Positions 56,401-64,000 of a DNA stretch of 64,000 nucleotides are shown piece after piece; positions within the stretch are counted from its first letter, which is position 1; every line of letters starts with the position of its first letter. The stretch covers positions 425,320,001-425,384,000 of the forward strand of contig OZ024740.1 of the NCBI GenBank assembly GCA_964016885.1, read 5' to 3'. Source of the stretch: Eledone cirrhosa. Its lineage: Eukaryota. The position numbers and the translations under genes are program-made. The notes under the pieces were generated by a model. It saw only the letters and a program-made list of their open reading frames with translations, was not told the DNA's origin and made no database searches.

Positions 56401-56841
56401 GGCAGGGATCCTGCGAAAAAGATCTGTCCCAGATGCGTGCGCGACGAGGAAACCGTTGCGATTGCACTGGTACACTGCCCGGGCGTTGCCGATCTGTGGG
56501 GCTACGTCGAACGACTGCTGTCGCGTGTGGCGCCGATTCGATTAACCGCCGAGTCTGTGGTGAACATCAAGCCGCCTCCTCCCTTCAGAAATGAAGCAGA
56601 GGCGGTCTTTCTGTGCGTAATAGCCATGATGAAAGAGGTTGTGTGGTGGACGCGCCTGAAAGGTCTGAGGTCGGGTGACTTTCTCTCCGGCCATCACCTG
56701 GTTTACTTCTTCCGATACCACTTCGGAAGAAGAATCAGGATGGAGAGAGAAGTGCTTGGTCCCAGACAGTTTTATGAAAGGTGGGTGAAAGAAGCGAGAA
56801 TGGCCCGTGTAAATGGGCCTTCTCTCTACATTGTTCTGTAG
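53413..56841 (+). CDS. Element C ORF2: APE endonuclease + reverse transcriptase + C-terminal zinc-binding domain, 1142 aa
   Basis: LNARGL, CESR, LYAP, GDWN, YLDR, SDH; KSPGLDG, FRPITLLN, DQSKAFDRV, QGCPLS, YADD; no internal stop; no N-terminal ATG. Confidence 0.96.
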   Translation: MRVGCLNARGLSSAWKQAKLLSDLRSQSIDVMVVCESRISSVRQLAPAFDDFEMHASLCQPGGGGGVAVLLDKRLTLDVQIVHSDPGGRLLVLDVGGGEGGAFRLVGLYAPFGAERADFFQRLETFLGTSRSLLLVGDWNGILDARWDYAGACPDRGGCSSLKGLLDRFDLVDRFRLDCPTAPTWTWANRSGQSRSYLDRFLVRSKDRDVFSCPELIMVGYSDHKLVTCVVNLDRTHRQGPGYWKMNLSLPTKKDYRHRISSLVKIRLTGAIVNSRWWISLKREIRVSSIGYSKELAANRNRRERELTYKLEEAIRSGDVARVLATRTALSQFFDAKHEGCVVRSKIRALGNEGTKAVSWARVTEAKSGIKSTIRSLRDQDGRVILEPERMCETFQRHFARLFGGGGGPDGDVDFGPYLDGLPRLSSGEAECCERPITATEIGEALSQCSRRKSPGLDGLPYELYLAMPVLFSELLEAVYCNWQQNGRIPCSVTKGVVTLVRKDESKGDDLSNFRPITLLNAELQILAKVLAKRLALVVGGLVGDAQTCAIPSRSIHDNLHLMRYIIERVGYEPGFGGALINLDQSKAFDRVDHGYLDAVLAAAGFGPVFRGWISAMHSGNIYSRIKVNGYLSEPFQITRSIRQGCPLSSLLYVLTLEPLLRKLELLRGIPLEPGLHKAVSAYADDVTVMVADASEIGAIATLLEEYERLTGAKLNQDKSVGLQLGTWRGKPMPLDGVVGRWTEGPVKLLGVWFGPDLQVEKNWGEVTSRVFALTQKWAKCKLSLKGRAEVTNAYIASVIYYRLTVVPCPKEKLTIMERMLFQFLWKKRPPMVRRSICCQHPSKGGLGMPWLLMRRHALRLRHLQVFLNGQPVWAPFVRRAFPQLVSLTELQSWVKQRPRKLGNWHTECAQALTAIWQADPTVSGESTSTFYRGLVASRGDDTLGESLGMEEDELASLFGRTFGPGPMDNFQRSLAWQCYRGALPVREKLYRHGRPGRDPAKKICPRCVRDEETVAIALVHCPGVADLWGYVERLLSRVAPIRLTAESVVNIKPPPPFRNEAEAVFLCVIAMMKEVVWWTRLKGLRSGDFLSGHHLVYFFRYHFGRRIRMEREVLGPRQFYERWVKEARMARVNGPSLYIVL

Positions 56842-57072
56842 GTAAAGAAGTGAAGAGGAAAGGGGGAGCGCCTCCTCTCTGGGCTTCCCCCGCGAAAAGA
56901 GTTGCACACTTTTCGGGGGTATGTGCAATCCCCAACACGCCCCCTCCCTTTTGAGGACTTTTTATTGTTATATTATTATTGTTATTCCTTTTTTCTTTAC
57001 TCGATTTATGTAAACTCCCCCACTGTGTAAACGTCCCCTTCTTTTGTGCCCTCGTGGCAAATAAATAGAAAT

Positions 57073-57120
<48 letters not shown>

Positions 57121-57243
57121 ACAATTGACGTAAATTCTCTATTTGCACACTCCAATATATAATATACACAGTAAGATATTCATTAATATTATCTGTTAAT
57201 CAATCGCAGTAAAATCGATTGATTAACACATGTGTATACCTTA

Positions 57244-57290
<47 letters not shown>

Positions 57291-57406
57291 TTGAAAAAAA
57301 AATGAAAACGAAATTTCATTTCTCACTCTTAGTATGGCACTTACTTAAATGTAAGTATGTATGTATACGTACATACATATATGTATACAGACGTACAGTA
57401 GCATGC

Positions 57407-57451
<45 letters not shown>

Positions 57452-57550
57452 CATATATACACATATGCATACAGGTACACATACATATATGCACGCATCA
57501 GTTTAGCGTGCATATATGTATGTGTACCTGTATGCATATGTGTATATATG

Positions 57551-57603
<53 letters not shown>

Positions 57604-57841
57604 GCATGCTACTGTACGTCTGTATACATATATGTATGTACGTATACATACATACTTACATTTAAGTAAGTGCCATACTAAGAGTGAGAAATGAAATTTC
57701 GTTTTCATTTTTTTTCAACTTATCGTTTTCGGTATGCCTGACCGATTTAACTCACTCAATATGCAAATTAGGCTGCTCAGCCGTTAATTTTCATAAGGAA
57801 AGTATATACTTTCGAACGTTCAACTATCTGGCAGATGGGTA

Positions 57842-57886
57842 AACGGTGCTGATGATAGCTAACAAGCTTGAAACTAGTACATCGTT
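57842..57886 (+). ncRNA. Minimal type I hammerhead ribozyme, unit 1
   Basis: AACGGUG CUGAUGA U AGCU aaca AGCU U GAAA CUAGU A CAUCGUU; predicted cleavage after 57879. Confidence 0.9.
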
Positions 57887-58063
57887 CCTGTGTCAGTGTT
57901 GAACAAAAAGGTGACGTGGTTGCCTTAACACCGTATGGCATAAATTCAGGCTGTTCGCTTTGTTGACAAACAAACGAACAAAGCGGCCGGCGTTATAATA
58001 AACGCCGGCTAAACTGATGCGTGCATATATGTATGTGTACCTGTATGCATATGTGTATATATG

Positions 58064-58108
<45 letters not shown>

Positions 58109-58346
58109 GCATGCTACTGTACGTCTGTATACATATATGTATGTACGTATACATACATACTTACATTTAAGTAAGTGCCATACTAAGAGTGAGAAATGAA
58201 ATTTCGTTTTCATTTTTTTTCAACTTATCGTTTTCGGTATGCCTGACCGATTTAACTCACTCAATATGCAAATTAGGCTGCTCAGCCGTTAATTTTCATA
58301 AGGAAGGTATATACTTTCGAACGTTCAACTATCTGGCAGATGGGTA

Positions 58347-58391
58347 AACGGTGCTGATGATAGCTAACAAGCTTGAAACTAGTACATCGTT
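58347..58391 (+). ncRNA. Minimal type I hammerhead ribozyme, unit 2
   Basis: Identical to unit 1. Confidence 0.9.
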
Positions 58392-58569
58392 CCTGTGTCA
58401 GTGTTGAACAAAAAAGGTGACGTGGTTGCCTTAACACCGTATGGCATAAATTCAGGCTGTTCGCTTTGTTGACAAACAAACGAACAAAGCGGCCGGCGTT
58501 ATAATAAACGCCGGCTAAACTGATGCGTGCATATATGTATGTGTACCTGTATGCATATGTGTATATATG

Positions 58570-58616
<47 letters not shown>

Positions 58617-58854
58617 GCATGCTACTGTACGTCTGTATACATATATGTATGTACGTATACATACATACTTACATTTAAGTAAGTGCCATACTAAGAGTGA
58701 GAAATGAAATTTCGTTTTCATTTTTTTTCAACTTATCGTTTTCGGTATGCCTGACCGATTTAACTCACTCAATATGCAAATTAGGCTGCTCAGCCGTTAA
58801 TTTTCATAAGGAAAGTATATACTTTCGAACGTTCAACTATCTGGCAGATGGGTA

Positions 58855-58899
58855 AACGGTGCTGATGATAGCTAACAAGCTTGAAACTAGTACATCGTT
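58855..58899 (+). ncRNA. Minimal type I hammerhead ribozyme, unit 3
   Basis: Identical to unit 1. Confidence 0.9.
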
Positions 58900-59076
58900 C
58901 CTGTGTCAGTGTTGAACAAAAAGGTGACGTGGTTGCCTTAACACCGTATGGCATAAATTCAGGCTGTTCGCTTTGTTGACAAACAAACGAACAAAGCGGC
59001 CGGCGTTATAATAAACGCCGGCTAAACTGATGCGTGCATATATGTATGTGTACCTGTATGCATATGTGTATATATG

Positions 59077-59119
<43 letters not shown>

Positions 59120-59357
59120 GCATGCTACTGTACGTCTGTATACATATATGTATGTACGTATACATACATACTTACATTTAAGTAAGTGCCATACTAAGAG
59201 TGAGAAATGAAATTTCGTTTTCATTTTTTTTCAACTTATCGTTTTCGGTATGCCTGACCGATTTAACTCACTCAATATGCAAATTAGGCTGCTCAGCCGT
59301 TAATTTTCATAAGGAAAGTATATACTTTCGAACGTTCAACTATCTGGCAGATGGGTA

Positions 59358-59402
59358 AACGGTGCTGATGATAGCTAACAAGCTTGAAACTAGTACATCG
59401 TT
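59358..59402 (+). ncRNA. Minimal type I hammerhead ribozyme, unit 4
   Basis: Identical to unit 1. Confidence 0.9.
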
Positions 59403-59579
59403 CCTGTGTCAGTGTTGAACAAAAAGGTGACGTGGTTGCCTTAACACCGTATGGCATAAATTCAGGCTGTTCGCTTTGTTGACAAACAAACGAACAAAGC
59501 GGCCGGCGTTATAATAAACGCCGGCTAAACTGATGCGTGCATATATGTATGTGTACCTGTATGCATATGTGTATATATG

Positions 59580-59624
<45 letters not shown>

Positions 59625-59863
59625 GCATGCTACTGTACGTCTGTATACATATATGTATGTACGTATACATACATACTTACATTTAAGTAAGTGCCATACT
59701 AAGAGTGAGAAATGAAATTTCGTTTTCATTTTTTTTTCAACTTATCGTTTTCGGTATGCCTGACCGATTTAACTCACTCAATATGCAAATTAGGCTGCTC
59801 AGCCGTTAATTTTCATAAGGAAAGTATATACTTTCGAACGTTCAACTATCTGGCAGATGGGTA

Positions 59864-59908
59864 AACGGTGCTGATGATAGCTAACAAGCTTGAAACTAGT
59901 ACATCGTT
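59864..59908 (+). ncRNA. Minimal type I hammerhead ribozyme, unit 5
   Basis: Identical to unit 1. Confidence 0.9.
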
Positions 59909-60085
59909 CCTGTGTCAGTGTTGAACAAAAAGGTGACGTGGTTGCCTTAACACCGTATGGCATAAATTCAGGCTGTTCGCTTTGTTGACAAACAAACGAA
60001 CAAAGCGGCCGGCGTTATAATAAACGCCGGCTAAACTGATGCGTGCATATATGTATGTGTACCTGTATGCATATGTGTATATATG

Positions 60086-60134
<49 letters not shown>

Positions 60135-60214
60135 GCATGCTACTGTACGTCTGTATACATATATGTATGTACGTATACATACATACTTACATTTATATAT
60201 ATATATATATATAT

Positions 60215-60723
60215 ATATTAATGAATTTCTGTCTGTTTGTTTGTGTGTTTGTTTGTGGATTTGTTTGTGAACCTAAAACTCAAAAACTACCAAACCGATG
60301 TTAATGAAACTTGACACGTGTGTGGGGGCTCATGCCCAGTTAATTTCTTACGTATATTTCATTTTAATCAAAGGGTTCCCGGGGGTACACAACCCCCGCT
60401 GAACATTTTTTCCCTTCGATTTATATGAAATTTAAACCATAGGTAAATGACAAGATATGATGCCCATTCATAAAAGTTTTGAATTGATATTTTGTAAAAA
60501 ATTATTTGCGAGAAACAAAATAAGAATAAGATTTAATAATGTAATTTTGATTTGTTATATTACAAAAAATAATGTTTTCCAATTTTTCATGCATTACATT
60601 TTACATTGAGTAATATTGAAATAAAGAGATGTTCTCCATAAATTATATCACTGATTTAAAATCAATCATCATTTTCTTACAAAAAAATGTGTGAAACGCA
60701 GCGAGGCGCGGGTAATTTGGCTA

Positions 60724-60724
<1 letters not shown>
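60215..60724 (+). mobile_element. Non-autonomous Helitron-like element
   Basis: 5' (GTTT)-type microsatellite after a TA tract; 3' cgcagcgaggcgcggg imperfect hairpin then CTAG|T at 60721-60725. Confidence 0.7.
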
Positions 60725-60770
<46 letters not shown>

Positions 60771-61512
60771 AATATAAATTCAGCGAGAATCACATTTCGG
60801 TGGGTAGAAAAAGCGAAACGTAACGCAAATTCAGAGTCATGCTGGCAAGCGCTCCAATGGCTAAAGACCAGAGCTATAAACATAGGTTATAAACGCCTTA
60901 CAAACAGAGAAGGCGGTCAAGAAGGCATTAACCACCTAAGCCAAAAAACAAGTCAAGCTAAACAGGTCAGACATAATCATACACACATATATATATATAC
61001 ATATACACATATATATAACTAACCTGGACACTTGGAATTGATGGTAAAATCCAATAACAGGGTTTCTGTGACACCTAAATCAATAATACTGTCTGCTTAA
61101 AACCATAAGCTTTTGGTATAATGATCGAACGATCAACAGGTATTTTGTTCTGCGCCATTGTTGTGGATGACGTAGTGTTTTGTAAAAGCACATGTGTAAC
61201 TCACAAGGGGAAAAAACCCCAGAATTTGGCAAATGAATTCAGTATGTGTAAATCATGCAAAAAATTGCATAAATAGCACAAATCAAATAAGCACTCAACT
61301 GAGTAGTTTTAAAAATAAACTTATACAATTAACCTGTTAATAGAATTATTAACAGGTTAATTGTAAGACTCGGGAGATTAATACAAATATAAATTCAGCG
61401 AGAATTGCATTTCGGTAGGTAGAAAAAGCGAAACGTAACGCAAATTCAGGTTCATGCCGGCAAGCGCTCCAATGACTAAAAAACAGAGCTATAAACATAG
61501 ATTATAAACGCC
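60771..61512. mobile_element. Non-coding element with ~127-bp direct terminal repeats (period 615 bp)
   Basis: 60771-60897 is similar to 61386-61512; third partial copy at 1613. Confidence 0.7.
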
Positions 61513-61537
61513 ATATAAACTAAATATATATCATTAT

Positions 61538-61716
61538 TTGGCAGTATCGGTAGAGGGTTGGACGCCATGCTTTCTAGCATAGTTACATCTCTTTACGGTC
61601 TGAGTTCAAATCCCGCCGAGGTTAACTTTGCCTTTCATCCTTAAGGGGTCGATAAAATAAAGTACCAGTAATGTACTGGGTAATTGCTGGCCTTGTGCCA
61701 AAAGTAGAAACAATTA
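61538..61716 (+). mobile_element. tRNA-derived SINE
   Basis: tggcagtatcggtag, gagttcaaatcccgccgagg, core and tail. Confidence 0.9.
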
Positions 61717-62593
61717 TCTATAAAAGGCAGATTGTTGTTGTTGTGTGTGTGTGCGTGCATGTTCCATGTTGATACATTTGCACAATTTCAAACCGATTCG
61801 ACTCAAAATCTGGAAGAATGTTGTAAATGGTCTAACTTAGGTCATCGATTATTTATTTCATTCAGACTCACCCAAAATTACGGAAATAATCTATAAAACT
61901 AAATACATGACGCTTTACCCCTCTAATAGAATCTGATTACCTCTCTCTACTCCCCTTAAACTTTAAGAGAGAGTTAGAGAGTGAGAGGGAGAGAGAGAAC
62001 GTTTGTTTTTGAGTGTGGAACGGTCAAATATTTATTTACTTCAATGACAAAGAGAACTTATTACATTTCATACGAAACAACAATTATTCAAAAGCAACAG
62101 ATAAATTTATTCAACAACAAAAAAAATACCGATAAATATTTTTTTAAACATCTATCAACGAACATGGAAGAAAGAAGTATCAGTTCATTTACTATACACA
62201 ATAATATCCTCTATGAGGTCACTAAACCTGCTAGAAACAGCAGCTAACTCTCCCCCATATCACATCACTCCCTACTGTCTTAAATTTAGAAAACACACAT
62301 TAGACAACCATGCAGAACAACTCCATCGCAGCTCTGTTGTTCGGCTGGCATCGTCTATGCGCGTGTTGCGCAAGTACTGTGAAACAATAAATTTCAACAC
62401 TTCTTTGCATAGAGATAATATCCATAGGCGAAACTACAATTGTCACTGCTGGCGCAGCTCCTGCTTCGGCAGTCCAGGTCTGCAATTCATTCACCCAGTG
62501 CCTGGCAGACAAAAAAGTGCTGCCATAAAATGGGTGGTGCAACCTAAATTTGGTAACTTACTGACCCCGAGCAACGCCGGGCTTTAATGCTAG
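61717..62593 (+). mobile_element. Non-autonomous Helitron
   Basis: A|TC start, 5' microsatellite, 3' cccgagcaacgccggg hairpin then CTAG|T. Confidence 0.8.
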
Positions 62594-62613
62594 TATATAT
62601 ATATATAATACAT

Positions 62614-62764
62614 TAACAGAGAAAGCTTTAAGCGATACCCTGACCAACTCCATCTCACTCAACACACATTAGGAAATACCTAAGTATAATCCCAATTTAG
62701 TGTTTGGGGTGCTAACTATACAGTATTCCGTGGATAGCTGGTTGTATTATTTTTTATGAGACAT

Positions 62765-62770
<6 letters not shown>
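62614..62770 (-). repeat. Partial copy of the 25278 family
   Basis: Similarity to 25278-25430; TA flanks. Confidence 0.7.
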
Positions 62771-62837
<67 letters not shown>

Positions 62838-63070
62838 TTAGAAACACACAGATACATGCGGACACACACATATATACATGAATGCATCCGCACCCAACTG
62901 TGAGTTAAGGGTGCCAACTTCACCGATGTTGCTCAATGAATGACTGGGACAGACCAATTCAGTTGAACTAGACTGAACAAGTATCAGAGTTAAAAATACA
63001 TTATGAAGAGAGAAGAAACATTTAGATATAATTAGTAATAAAATGTATCATACCTAAACTGCTCCTAAAT

Positions 63071-63160
63071 TCCTCGACTACGTAGTTTCGTGGCATAAAC
63101 AAAAACAATATATCATAAAGATATAGAGTCCTTGCGAGGTCTGCCGACTTATCAAGAGGA
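63071..63160 (-). ncRNA. Hammerhead ribozyme with U3-A8 core variant
   Basis: UCCUC UUGAUAA GUcGGCA...UGCCAC GAAACUACGUAGU C GAGGA. Confidence 0.75.
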
Positions 63161-63634
63161 TACCTCATTTTACTAGTCTCAAGAACGCGTCTACACGACG
63201 TGAGAAAGAATCCCAAAAGGCGGAGGGGGAGATAGTCACGCGATATAACGGTCGAGAAACAGAGCTAAGCCCCTTATAACCCCGAAGAAAATACCACGGA
63301 GGCGGAGGGGGTATTTATATCGAGGCCGTAGAAGAGGTGGTGAAGAAGGCGAGAAGTATGAGTAATGGAAGCTTTCCAGCTGTCCCCACACTTCAAAGAT
63401 TGCTCGACCAGAGGGAGTTATTAACAATATATTTAGAAACACACAGATACATGCGGACACACACATATATACATGAATGCATCCGCACCCAACTGTGAGT
63501 TAAGGGTGCCAACTTCACCGTTGTTGCTCAATGAATGACTGGGACAGACCAATTCAGTTGAACTAGACTGAACCAGTATCAGAGTTAAAAATACATTATG
63601 AAGAGAGAAGAAACATTTAGATATAAATGAGGTA

Positions 63635-63724
63635 TCCTCTTGATAAGTCGGCAGACCTCGCAAGGACTCTATATCTTTATGATATATTGTTTTTGTTTAT
63701 GCCACGAAACTACGTAGTCGAGGA
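63635..63724 (+). ncRNA. Hammerhead ribozyme with U3-A8 core variant (inverted copy)
   Basis: Same sequence as 63071-63160 on the opposite strand. Confidence 0.75.
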
Positions 63725-64000
63725 ATTTAGGAGCAGTTTAGGTATGATACATTTTATTACTAATTATATCTAAATGTTTCTTCTCTCTTCATAATATATT
63801 TTTAACTCTGATACTGGTTCAGTCTAGTTCAAATGAATTGGTCTGTCCCAGTCATTCATTGAGCAACATCGGTGAAGTTGGCACCCTTAACTCACAGTTG
63901 GGTGCGGATGCATTCATGTATATATGTGTGTGTCCGCGTGTATCTGTGTGTTTCTAAATATATTGTTAATAACTCCCTCTGGTCGAGCAATCTTTGAAGT

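Larger units (their letters stand above)
51392..57073 (+). mobile_element. Full-length Tx1-like LINE, element C, flanked by (TATC)n on both sides
   Basis: 5'UTR, ORF1, ORF2, 3'UTR with AATAAA at ~57059, then (TATC)n. Confidence 0.95.
57288..60194 (+). mobile_element. Retrozyme-like tandem array: ~5.3 monomers of 503-508 bp (57506-60194) with a 5' inverted segment (57288-57505), inserted in (TA)n
   Basis: CTGATGA at 57849, 58354, 58862, 59365, 59871; units differ mainly in TA/homopolymer lengths; no coding capacity. Confidence 0.92.
62831..64000. mobile_element. Second retrozyme/non-autonomous Penelope-like family: 595-bp monomer, ~1.3 units on minus strand (62831-63626) then an inverted copy running off the window
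   Basis: aatatatttagaaacacacag at 62831 and 63426; 63627 onward is the reverse complement and crosses the same unit junction. Confidence 0.85.

Noticed and set aside
57302-57708. Mirror-image 130-aa ORFs on both strands
   Set aside because: Consequence of the DNA palindrome and low-complexity sequence

Overview
AT-rich, microsatellite-saturated animal genomic DNA made almost entirely of repeats, with no recognisable host protein-coding gene. The tRNA-like SINE and repeat style suggest an octopod cephalopod (inference). Contents: Tx1/L1-clade LINEs inserted in (TTA/TTG)n and (TATC)n microsatellites (one decayed full-length copy, one full-length copy with an uninterrupted 1142-codon APE-RT ORF2, and 5'-truncated copies); fragments of CR1/L2, RTE, R4/Dong and Vingi-like LINEs; three non-autonomous Helitrons; MITEs; about ten SINE copies; and a 105 x 52-bp satellite grown from inside a SINE. 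The main signal is invisible in the ORF track: about 18 type I hammerhead ribozyme (HHR) motifs from roughly ten unrelated sequence families, nearly all in short non-coding elements embedded in (TA)n and often carrying a 5' fold-back inversion. The clearest case is a young tandem array of ~505-bp monomers (57.3-60.2 kb), each with a minimal dimer-type HHR, i.e. a retrozyme-like, probably Penelope-mobilised element. A diverged 428-bp sister subfamily shows compensatory base changes. All structures were read by eye; no searches or folding were run, and most boundaries are approximate.
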